Source: an uncultured virus (IMG/VR IMGVR_UViG_3300034200_001934)
Lineage: Duplodnaviria > Heunggongvirae > Uroviricota > Caudoviricetes
Strand: one strand, 5' to 3'
Length of the DNA: 64,000 nt
IMG/VR virus record: IMGVR_UViG_3300034200_001934
The notes under the pieces are model-generated. The model saw only the letters and a program-made list of their open reading frames with translations, had not been told where the DNA came from and did not search any database. Positions 27,034 to 34,439 of this stretch are shown piece by piece. Both the position numbers and the translations under genes were made by a program. Each line of letters begins with the position of its first letter. The stretch's first letter is position 1.

Positions 27034-27290
27034 TGATAAAAATTCTCCATCAAGATTGCGATCCCGAACTTGCAAATGATCGTAGTTTACCATACACGGC
27101 ATATCTAGTTAATTATGAAGATGATGGAGTTAAAAAGTATGACATTGTTATTTGTAATAAAAAAATAGATATTTTTGATTATTACTGGGACAAGTATAGA
27201 GAAGGATTAAAAAATTTTAAACAAAGTGAAGGAAGAACTAATCCAAAACTTTGGGGAGTTCAGGTAAAGGAGTCTAAAAAGAAAAAATGA
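27033..27290 (+). CDS. Hypothetical protein
   Basis: Coupled 85-aa ORF. Confidence 0.65.
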   Translation: MIKILHQDCDPELANDRSLPYTAYLVNYEDDGVKKYDIVICNKKIDIFDYYWDKYREGLKNFKQSEGRTNPKLWGVQVKESKKKK

Positions 27291-27469
27291 ATGAAGACTT
27301 TCAACGTATTCTTAGAGAAGAATTAAAAAAAGAATTTGAAGAACAGATGGGAGTATCTGTTAATCAAACTGAACTTAAAAAAGTAATAAAGGAATATAAA
27401 AAAATTAAAAAATTCCAAAAGACTTCTTTGTATCAAGTAATGCAAATGGATAAAAAAGAAAAAAAGTAA
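27287..27469 (+). CDS. Hypothetical protein
   Basis: Coupled 60-aa ORF. Confidence 0.55.
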   Translation: MNEDFQRILREELKKEFEEQMGVSVNQTELKKVIKEYKKIKKFQKTSLYQVMQMDKKEKK

Positions 27470-27532
27470 TTTCGTAAAATTGTATCAAACTTTACGAAAT
27501 TACTTGACTATATACAGCAACGGGTCTAGTAT
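27464..27532 (+). promoter_or_regulatory. NtcA-consensus box overlapping a 15-bp perfect inverted repeat, followed by a sigma70 promoter
   Basis: GTA-TCAAACTT-TAC (27482-27495); repeat arms 27464-27478 and 27491-27505; TTGACT-N17-TAGTAT. Confidence 0.7.
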
Positions 27533-27539
27533 GACCCTA

Positions 27540-27625
27540 CGTTCATCAGAGACAACTCTGACGCAAGTAGGACGGCGGAACGGAACGTTCATCCCAATGG
27601 GACGCAAACCGCCCGAAGGAACGGG
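27540..27625 (+). ncRNA. Tandem glutamine riboswitch (glnA / Downstream-peptide class)
   Basis: Two CGTTCA-stem-CGCAA...GAACG units; GGCGG (27574) complementary to CCGCC (27609); upstream of a YRG-motif peptide. Confidence 0.82.
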
Positions 27626-27658
27626 ACCTAAAAATCTCATTTCTTTGGAGAAATCCTC

Positions 27659-27796
27659 ATGTCTAAAGTAGTATATCGGGGCATCGAATATGATACTCAG
27701 AAACGTATTGAGTACCAACAACAAATGATGCAACAACCCCAACAATACAACGAAACCTATCGTGGTATTAAGTTTGTAAAAGAGGGGCATAAGTGA
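27659..27796 (+). CDS. DUF4278-like YRG-motif peptide (45 aa, Gln-rich)
   Basis: MSKVVYRGIEYDTQKRIEYQQQMMQQPQQYNETYRGIKFVKEGHK; GGAG RBS. Confidence 0.8.
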   Translation: MSKVVYRGIEYDTQKRIEYQQQMMQQPQQYNETYRGIKFVKEGHK

Positions 27797-27891
27797 TGAA
27801 AAAACTTAATGTGCTTCAATTAATTAAAGAGCAAAAGCAGAAAGAGCAACGTCGTCATGAAGCACTTCTTGTAAATGCAGGAGCAAAATAA
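27796..27891 (+). CDS. Basic micro-protein (31 aa)
   Basis: MKKLNVLQLIKEQKQKEQRRHEALLVNAGAK; TGATG coupling. Confidence 0.6.
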   Translation: MKKLNVLQLIKEQKQKEQRRHEALLVNAGAK

Positions 27892-27977
27892 TGCTTCAAT
27901 TTATTGTTACTTCTAGTGCAACTATTGTATTAACAACTATTTTATTATCCGTTTATATTCAATGGTTATATAAGTGA
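27891..27977 (+). CDS. Single-TM micro-protein (28 aa)
   Basis: MLQFIVTSSATIVLTTILLSVYIQWLYK; TAATG coupling. Confidence 0.5.
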   Translation: MLQFIVTSSATIVLTTILLSVYIQWLYK

Positions 27978-28144
27978 TGGATTATCACTACCACTCGGAT
28001 GATATTGATAAAGATAACAGACCACCTGCTTGTTATCAATTAACTTATAGGGGATGCAAATATTGGTCTTGCTATAAAATACATCTTCGAGAATGGTTTG
28101 AAAAAGTCTTAACTATAGATCCAATATTTAATAAGAGGAGTTGA
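27977..28144 (+). CDS. Second YRG-motif small protein (55 aa)
   Basis: ...YQLTYRGCKYW...; TGATG coupling. Confidence 0.6.
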   Translation: MDYHYHSDDIDKDNRPPACYQLTYRGCKYWSCYKIHLREWFEKVLTIDPIFNKRS

Positions 28145-28169
28145 CTACTCCTCTTTTTTTGTGTAAAAT
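28133..28169 (+). terminator. Terminator with TTGACT -35 in the loop and TAAAAT -10 17 bp downstream
   Basis: AAGAGGAGT-TGACT-ACTCCTCTT then a T tract. Confidence 0.8.
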
Positions 28170-28191
28170 GATGTGAGAAAGTACTTTTCTT

Positions 28192-28368
28192 ATGGACAAA
28201 GACAAACTAAAATTAATTGTCCGTAATCTAGAGCTTTTGATTGATTCTTTAAAATCAGAAATTTATTCTGATGTAGATTCTTACAAGAATCTAAATTTAA
28301 AAGAACCAAAATTGACAGATTACGATGAAGTTTTTTATGACGGAGATGATGATGGATACCCAGACTAA
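28192..28368 (+). CDS. Small hypothetical protein (58 aa)
   Basis: MDKDKLKLIVRNLELLIDSLKSEIYSD...DDDGYPD. Confidence 0.7.
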   Translation: MDKDKLKLIVRNLELLIDSLKSEIYSDVDSYKNLNLKEPKLTDYDEVFYDGDDDGYPD

Positions 28369-29080
28369 ATCAATTGTTAAACTGATTTCTGTTACTCAAG
28401 GTGCAGGAGAACTTGCAGGAAAATCTGCACAAGAAGTGATTACTTATACTGCCCGTGTAAGCAACCCAAGTAACCAACTTAAATTTGATACTGCTGCTGG
28501 ACTTCTACGTTATTGTATTAAGCAAAATCATTGGTCTATCTTTGAGCAAGCAGATATGACTCTTGAGATTAATACTACTAGAGGTATCGCAGCTCAAGTG
28601 CTTCGTCATAGGTCCTTTACATTTCAGGAATTTTCACAACGTTATGCAGACACGAAGCTTCTGACTGATCTTCCCGAGGTTCCTGAACTCCGTAGGCAGG
28701 ATGAAAAGAATCGTCAGAACTCAACCAATGATCTGGATGAGCATACACGAGAGAAGTTTGAGGGAATGATTGAGCAGCACTTTGAAGAGGCACAACGTCT
28801 TTACGATAAGATGCTTGAAAAGGGAGTTGCAAAGGAATGTGCAAGGTTTGTGCTTCCACTCGCAACACCAACAAGAATTTACATGAAAGGATCAGTAAGG
28901 TCATGGATTCATTATATCGATTTGCGTTCTGCCCATGGAACCCAAAAAGAACACATGGACATTGCAGAAGCAGCACGATGTATCTTTATCTGCCAATTCC
29001 CTGATATTGCTGAGGCACTTAGTTGGGAAGCAGAGAACTGCCCAGAATGCTCTGATGCACCCTCTATTACTATTGAATAA
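28352..29080 (+). CDS. thyX: FAD-dependent thymidylate synthase
   Basis: HWSIFE, QVLRHRSFTFQEFSQRY (RHRx7S), AKECARFVLP; start uncertain within 28325-28352. Confidence 0.95.
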   Translation: MDTQTKSIVKLISVTQGAGELAGKSAQEVITYTARVSNPSNQLKFDTAAGLLRYCIKQNHWSIFEQADMTLEINTTRGIAAQVLRHRSFTFQEFSQRYADTKLLTDLPEVPELRRQDEKNRQNSTNDLDEHTREKFEGMIEQHFEEAQRLYDKMLEKGVAKECARFVLPLATPTRIYMKGSVRSWIHYIDLRSAHGTQKEHMDIAEAARCIFICQFPDIAEALSWEAENCPECSDAPSITIE

Positions 29081-29106
29081 ATATTTTTATCGTTATTTCA
29101 TAACAT

Positions 29107-29355
29107 ATGGCAACATACCCTGTTATTCATAAAGAAACTGGTGAACAAAAAGAAGTGACGATGAGTGTTCACGAATGGGACCAGTGGAAAAAAGAAAATC
29201 CAGATTGGGATAGAGATTGGTCTGACCCAGCAACTTGCCCTGGAAGTGGGGAAGTTGGTGAATGGAAAGACAAGCTTTCGAAATCAAAACCAGGATGGAA
29301 TGAAGTTCTAACTAGAGCATCTAAGATGCCCGGTGCTACTGTGAGGAAAAATTAA
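29107..29355 (+). CDS. Conserved hypothetical protein
   Basis: MATYPVI..ETGEQKE; TAAATA upstream. Confidence 0.7.
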   Translation: MATYPVIHKETGEQKEVTMSVHEWDQWKKENPDWDRDWSDPATCPGSGEVGEWKDKLSKSKPGWNEVLTRASKMPGATVRKN

Positions 29356-30116
29356 TGGCAAGAAAGAGAAGAAATGGTGATCAACCAATTGGTGTTGGTA
29401 TGACTGCTAGGCAAATGAAAAGGAGAAAACCGATAAGTTCGGAACTGCTTATAGATATAGAACCTTTAACAGAAAATCAAAAAAAGTTATTCCAATCATA
29501 TTCTGAAGGAAAACATTTGGTTGCTTATGGTGCTGCAGGAACTGGAAAAACATTTATTAGTCTTTATAATGCACTAAAAGAAGTTCTTAATCAAATTACT
29601 CCATACGAACAAATTTATGTTGTTCGTTCTTTAGTTGCCACAAGAGAAATTGGATTTCTTCCTGGAGATCATGAAGATAAATCATCTCTTTACCAAATTC
29701 CATATAAGAACATGGTAAAATACATGTTCCAACTTCCATCTGAAACTGATTTTGAAATGCTTTATGGCAGTTTGAAGCAGCAAGAAACAGTCAAGTTTTG
29801 GAGTACATCTTTTGTTCGTGGAACTACGTTAGATAATTCAATTATTATTGTTGATGAATTTCAAAATATGAATTTTCACGAATTGGATTCTATCATCACT
29901 CGTGTTGGAGAAAATTCAAAGATTATTTTTTGTGGTGATGCAACTCAAAGTGATTTAACTAAAACCAACGAAAGAAATGGTATTAGTGATTTTATGAATA
30001 TCTTGAGAAAAATGCCATCCTTTGATATAATTGAATTTGGTATTGAAGATATTGTTCGTTCTGGACTTGTTAAAGAATATCTAATTGCAAAAATTGAATC
30101 TGGTCTGAATGTCTGA
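29355..30116 (+). CDS. phoH: PhoH-family ATPase
   Basis: GAAGTGKT, GFLPG, RGTTL, DEFQN, GDATQSDL, VRSGLV. Confidence 0.95.
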   Translation: MARKRRNGDQPIGVGMTARQMKRRKPISSELLIDIEPLTENQKKLFQSYSEGKHLVAYGAAGTGKTFISLYNALKEVLNQITPYEQIYVVRSLVATREIGFLPGDHEDKSSLYQIPYKNMVKYMFQLPSETDFEMLYGSLKQQETVKFWSTSFVRGTTLDNSIIIVDEFQNMNFHELDSIITRVGENSKIIFCGDATQSDLTKTNERNGISDFMNILRKMPSFDIIEFGIEDIVRSGLVKEYLIAKIESGLNV

Positions 30117-30798
30117 AACTAATTTTAATCATGTTGAATTGAATTTACCAGCATTAGAAAGGGAAACAATTGATGGGATTAGATTTTATAAAGTACCTGG
30201 AGAAACAAATCTCCATCGGTTAGTTTCTATTACCTCAGTAACCAGTCATTTCAATAAAAAAATCTTTGAGGATTGGAGAAAAAAGGTAGGAGATAAAGAA
30301 GCAGATAAAATTACAAAACAAGCAACCAGTCGTGGTACTGATATGCATACTTTGGTAGAACATCATTTAAAAAATGAAGATCTACCTAAAGTTCAACCAT
30401 TGTCAGATTTCTTATTTAAAATTGCTAAACCAGAATTGAATAAGATAAATAATATTCACGCACTAGAGAAATCTCTTTATAGTAAAGTGCTTGGAATTGC
30501 TGGGACTGTTGACTGTATAGCAGAATATAATGGTGAACTAGCAATTATAGACTTCAAAACATCTAAGAAACCAAAACCCAAAGAATGGATTGAACATTAT
30601 TTTGTACAGGCTGTTGCTTATGCCTGTATGTTATACGAAATGACTGGAATAGTAACTAAAAAATTAGTTATTTTAATGGCTTGTGAAAATGGAGAATGCG
30701 TTGTTTATGAAGAATATGACAAATCAAAATACATTAAATTACTCTCAAAATATATTAGAAAGTTTGTTGAAGATCGAACCAATTCCTATGGAAGATAA
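30109..30798 (+). CDS. PD-(D/E)XK exonuclease
   Basis: RGTDMH, AGTVDCI, IDFKTS, Q...YA. Confidence 0.85.
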   Translation: MSETNFNHVELNLPALERETIDGIRFYKVPGETNLHRLVSITSVTSHFNKKIFEDWRKKVGDKEADKITKQATSRGTDMHTLVEHHLKNEDLPKVQPLSDFLFKIAKPELNKINNIHALEKSLYSKVLGIAGTVDCIAEYNGELAIIDFKTSKKPKPKEWIEHYFVQAVAYACMLYEMTGIVTKKLVILMACENGECVVYEEYDKSKYIKLLSKYIRKFVEDRTNSYGR

Positions 30799-31042
30799 CT
30801 TAAGGGAAAAGATTAAGGAAAAGTTTTTATGCCCCCAGAAATTTTCTCAGGACATTGAACAAATAGTTAAAGTATCTAAAATTAATTATATTGATGCAAT
30901 TGTCACTTATTGTGAAGAACATAGCATCGAGATTGAAACTGTTTCTAAATTGATTTCTAAACCTCTGAAGGAAAAACTTAAGTATGATGCAACAAAATTA
31001 AATTTCTTAAAGAAAACAAGTCGTGCTACACTTAATATTTGA
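30788..31042 (+). CDS. gp33: Late transcription co-activator
   Basis: YIDAIV.YCEE..IEIE....LISKPLKEKL; synteny with gp59 and gp32. Confidence 0.85.
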   Translation: MEDNLREKIKEKFLCPQKFSQDIEQIVKVSKINYIDAIVTYCEEHSIEIETVSKLISKPLKEKLKYDATKLNFLKKTSRATLNI

Positions 31043-31635
31043 TTGTGACTCCTTTTGATGTTTATAAAACTTATCTTGCGTTAAAAAATCATTTTACAAA
31101 AGATAATTATGATTATTTTAAATATTGTGGAAAGTCTAGAGCATCTCTAGACTCTTTTCATAAAAGGAAGGATAGATACTTTTTTGAAAGAATGTCCCGT
31201 CAAAAAACAGAAGAAGAAATTAAGGCATATTTTGTTGCTAATTTTATTGAATGCGATGATTCTCAAACCTTATGGATTGGTGAAATTATTAGAGGTGGAG
31301 AATCAGTATATAAAGACTGGATGAAAAAAATTCAAAGTTTAACTTATTTGTTTAAAACAGAGTCTGAGGTTTTTATAAGAAAAGATAACTTTGACAATCT
31401 TTTTGACTGTAAGGATGGACAGCACCCAGAATTACTTAAAAAGTATTTGCAGAAAGCATTGTCATTGGAAACATTAGTTATACTTGATACTATATTGAAT
31501 TACTCTTCAAAGTTTGACAAAAAACTTATAGATCCAGTGTGGGAAACCGTTAGTTTAAAAATTAAAAAATATAAACCATTCCTAAATATTGATGAGTCTA
31601 AGTGTAAGCAGATTCTTAAGGAGATAGTATTATGA
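31039..31635 (+). CDS. gp59: Helicase loader
   Basis: YKTYLALKNHF...YDYFKY, RKDRYFFE. Confidence 0.88.
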   Translation: MIVTPFDVYKTYLALKNHFTKDNYDYFKYCGKSRASLDSFHKRKDRYFFERMSRQKTEEEIKAYFVANFIECDDSQTLWIGEIIRGGESVYKDWMKKIQSLTYLFKTESEVFIRKDNFDNLFDCKDGQHPELLKKYLQKALSLETLVILDTILNYSSKFDKKLIDPVWETVSLKIKKYKPFLNIDESKCKQILKEIVL

Positions 31636-31964
31636 GTAGATTTTTTGATTCCGAAATGGTCAGAAAATCTATAATCGAATTAGATGCAATTCAACAAAAA
31701 CTTTTTAAACAAGTTTTAAATCTTTCTTTTTATGATAATGATGGCAAGAAAGAGCATCTTGATTTGATGAAAAAGTTTTTAGAAAAGCAAAAACTTTTTA
31801 TTTTTAGATTATCACTTTCTGAAGATCCAGAAGCAGTTGAATTAAAGGAAAGAATCCTTGATTCTGCTCGTCTTTTTGGATTAGGTAAAGATGGGACAGT
31901 TGAAGAATTTTTTAAACTTCTTGAGTCTCAAATTGAGTATCTTGAGAAAACCCTTGACGACTAA
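31632..31964 (+). CDS. DUF1825-like hypothetical protein
   Basis: FFDSEMV, RLSLSEDPEA. Confidence 0.7.
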   Translation: MSRFFDSEMVRKSIIELDAIQQKLFKQVLNLSFYDNDGKKEHLDLMKKFLEKQKLFIFRLSLSEDPEAVELKERILDSARLFGLGKDGTVEEFFKLLESQIEYLEKTLDD

Positions 31965-32036
31965 CCTGCTTAGTGCTAGACTTAATACGTACCGATACGG
32001 CACACACTTCTAATACGATTAATACGGAGAATACGA

Positions 32037-32972
32037 ATGTCTTTTGCTGATCTTAAAAAGCAATCTAAAATGGGTTCCCTGACCGAGAAACTCATTAAAC
32101 AAGTAGAAAAACTGAATGATAGTGGTTCCAAAGATGATGACCGTTTTTGGAAACCTGTTATGGATAAGAGCGGTGTAGGTTCCGCAGTTATCCGTTTCCT
32201 TCCTGCCCCCGAAGGTTGCGAACTTCCTTGGGCACAAGTTTGGTCTCACGCATTCCAAGGTCCTGGTGGTTGGTTGATTGATAACTGCCTCACTACTCTT
32301 GGTCAGCAATGTCCTGTTTGTGAAAAGAATCGTGTTCTCTGGAACTCTGGTTCAGACCGTGACAAAGAAGAAGCACGTAAGCAGAAGCGTAAGCTTTCTT
32401 ATTACTCAAACATTTATGTTGTTCGTGATCCTGCCAACCCAGACAATGAAGGTAAAGTCTTCCTTTATAAGTTTGGTAAGAAAATCTATGACAAGATTCT
32501 TGCTGCAATGCAACCAGAGTTTGAAGATGAAACTCCCATCAATCCTTTTGACTTCTGGACTGGTGCTCACTTCAAACTGAAACTTGTCAAGAAAGATGGT
32601 TATTGGAACTATGATAAGTCAGAGTTTGCATCTCCTTCTGCACTTCTTGATGGAGACGATGATGAACTTGAGCGTATCTACAAGTCTCTGAATAATCTGA
32701 ATGATTTTACAGACCCCAAAGAGTTCAAGTCTTATGATGACCTGAAGAAGCGTCTTGATTATACTCTTGGACTTCGTGGTGTTCCTAAATCTCAAGATCC
32801 AGAAGTTGTTGCTGAAGAGGAAGAGTGGGAACGTGAACGTCGTGGTGAAACTACTTCTTCATCCTCTCGTTCATCTACCTTTGATAACGCAGAAGTTCCT
32901 TCTTCCAAGTATAGTGATGACGAAGATGAAGATGATGCTCTTTCTTACTTCCAGAAACTTGCTGAGTCGTGA
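32037..32972 (+). CDS. gp32: Single-stranded DNA-binding protein
   Basis: DDRFWK, AVIRFLP, H..C..CPVC zinc site, NYDKSEF, acidic tail; TTGACG-N17-TAGACT promoter. Confidence 0.96.
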   Translation: MSFADLKKQSKMGSLTEKLIKQVEKLNDSGSKDDDRFWKPVMDKSGVGSAVIRFLPAPEGCELPWAQVWSHAFQGPGGWLIDNCLTTLGQQCPVCEKNRVLWNSGSDRDKEEARKQKRKLSYYSNIYVVRDPANPDNEGKVFLYKFGKKIYDKILAAMQPEFEDETPINPFDFWTGAHFKLKLVKKDGYWNYDKSEFASPSALLDGDDDELERIYKSLNNLNDFTDPKEFKSYDDLKKRLDYTLGLRGVPKSQDPEVVAEEEEWERERRGETTSSSSRSSTFDNAEVPSSKYSDDEDEDDALSYFQKLAES

Positions 32973-33208
32973 AATCTCTGATTATTCTTTTTGCAATTTT
33001 TATTGCTTCTCCAGCAGAAGCAATAACTTGGAATCAATTCTGGAGACCATTTAGAGGAGGTGGATACTATTATGCCCCTTCTTATTATGCTCCAAGAGTA
33101 TATGGCAGTTGCAGAAGGGAAGTCATTCGTGAAGAGGTAGTTTCTGGAGATGGAAGAATTGAACCTTATGTTAGAACATTTAAAGAGGTTCAATACTACC
33201 CCTGCTAA
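32969..33208 (+). CDS. Small secreted hypothetical protein
   Basis: Signal peptide ending PAEA; GTGA coupling. Confidence 0.6.
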   Translation: MKSLIILFAIFIASPAEAITWNQFWRPFRGGGYYYAPSYYAPRVYGSCRREVIREEVVSGDGRIEPYVRTFKEVQYYPC

Positions 33209-33214
33209 TAAAAA

Positions 33215-33289
33215 TCGACCCTTAAAATAAAAAAAGGGTCGAAAAAAATTCCCGCAAAATTTTCTCTCATGGGGATTTTGCGGGAATTT
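33215..33289. terminator. Two tandem hairpins at the convergent gp32/gp53 junction
   Basis: TCGACCCTT/AAGGGTCGA and AAATTCCCGCAAAAT/ATTTTGCGGGAATTT. Confidence 0.75.
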
Positions 33290-33578
33290 ATCTATTATTT
33301 CTTGGATTAAATGCTCTCTTAGTATTTCTATCTTCAAACTGGGAAGATCTATCATACTTCATCATATTTCTAGTATCTGATACAAATACTGAAACATATT
33401 CTGGTCTAAGTAAAAGTAATTTTCTTTTTTCTTCGTTTAATTTAATTTCATAATCATAATTTGATACTGCAACTGCTTCATTAACAACATTGACAATATT
33501 TCCATTACTATCCAAATACTCCAATAATTGGGCATCCGATTCTATAAAAACTTTTACTCCTGGGATTGGGTATGCCAT
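33288..33578 (-). CDS. Baseplate wedge gp53 C-terminal part as a separate ORF
   Basis: VSNYDYEIKLNEEKRKLLLLRPEY matches the gp53 C-terminus pattern. Confidence 0.7.
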   Translation of the reverse strand: MAYPIPGVKVFIESDAQLLEYLDSNGNIVNVVNEAVAVSNYDYEIKLNEEKRKLLLLRPEYVSVFVSDTRNMMKYDRSSQFEDRNTKRAFNPRNNR

Positions 33579-33589
33579 TTTTATTTTAT

Positions 33590-34438
33590 TTATTGAGTTA
33601 CTTCGTTAGTAAAGTTGAACGTTGGTCTTATCTCACCATCGACTAAAGTTCCAGTTATTTCATAAAGTCTATCGGATAAAACAACTTTATTATCTAATAC
33701 GATATCATTTACATTAATATCAAATTTTTGACCATTTCTTAAATTGACTCTTAGGATTCCACTCCAACTTTGAGGCCAATTCGTCAAAGCATTTAATATT
33801 GCTACATCATTTGCCCCTGTTTTGTCTGCAGTTGTTATTTTCAAATATGAAACTGTTGTTCTTATATCTGTTATATTTGTTGTAATTTCTCTACCACTTC
33901 TATCATATACTGATAGTCTTTGATTTAAATTTACCTTTACAATAGTATTTGATTTTGCAGAAGGGAAGGATTCAAGCAAATAACTATTGGAACTTGTATT
34001 TGTATTTACTTCAATTGAACTAAACGTATCTACTATTAAACCACCTTCTATTAGTACCCTACCAAACTCATCTTTATATTCAACTGTTTCATAATGATGG
34101 ACATCATATAATACTTCTTCTGATCCATACTTATCCAAAAGATATTTGTATAATGAATTATTATCTAATGGCCATTGTTCATTATAATTTGTAATATTGT
34201 TTGTTAATAGTATTATCCAATCTAACTGAGAATTATTATAATATTTTTCCGCAATTTGGTCTGGTCTTTCATTATCTTGTATTTGATAATATGTAAATGC
34301 GGTAATTATATTTTTAAAATCTTCTCTTACTTTTGGTCTTTTAAATATATTTTTTACAAGAGTATATTCATCTATACCAGTTCTTTCATTAAATACTGAT
34401 GCGTATTTTAAGTTTGGAAGTTCTCTGAAGTATGGCAT
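33590..34438 (-). CDS. gp53: Baseplate wedge gp53, N-terminal part plus extra domain
   Basis: PYFRELP, ERPDQIAEKYY...WIILLTNNI...WPL, HHYET. Confidence 0.85.
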   Translation of the reverse strand: MPYFRELPNLKYASVFNERTGIDEYTLVKNIFKRPKVREDFKNIITAFTYYQIQDNERPDQIAEKYYNNSQLDWIILLTNNITNYNEQWPLDNNSLYKYLLDKYGSEEVLYDVHHYETVEYKDEFGRVLIEGGLIVDTFSSIEVNTNTSSNSYLLESFPSAKSNTIVKVNLNQRLSVYDRSGREITTNITDIRTTVSYLKITTADKTGANDVAILNALTNWPQSWSGILRVNLRNGQKFDINVNDIVLDNKVVLSDRLYEITGTLVDGEIRPTFNFTNEVTQ

Positions 34439-34439
34439 A

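Noticed and set aside
27480..27790. ORF-track calls 27480-27671 (+) and 27500-27790 (-)
   Set aside because: They overlap the promoter, riboswitch and YRG peptide, which explain the region better.
32945..33355. 136-aa minus-strand ORF
   Set aside because: It crosses the convergent terminator hairpins and overlaps better-supported genes.
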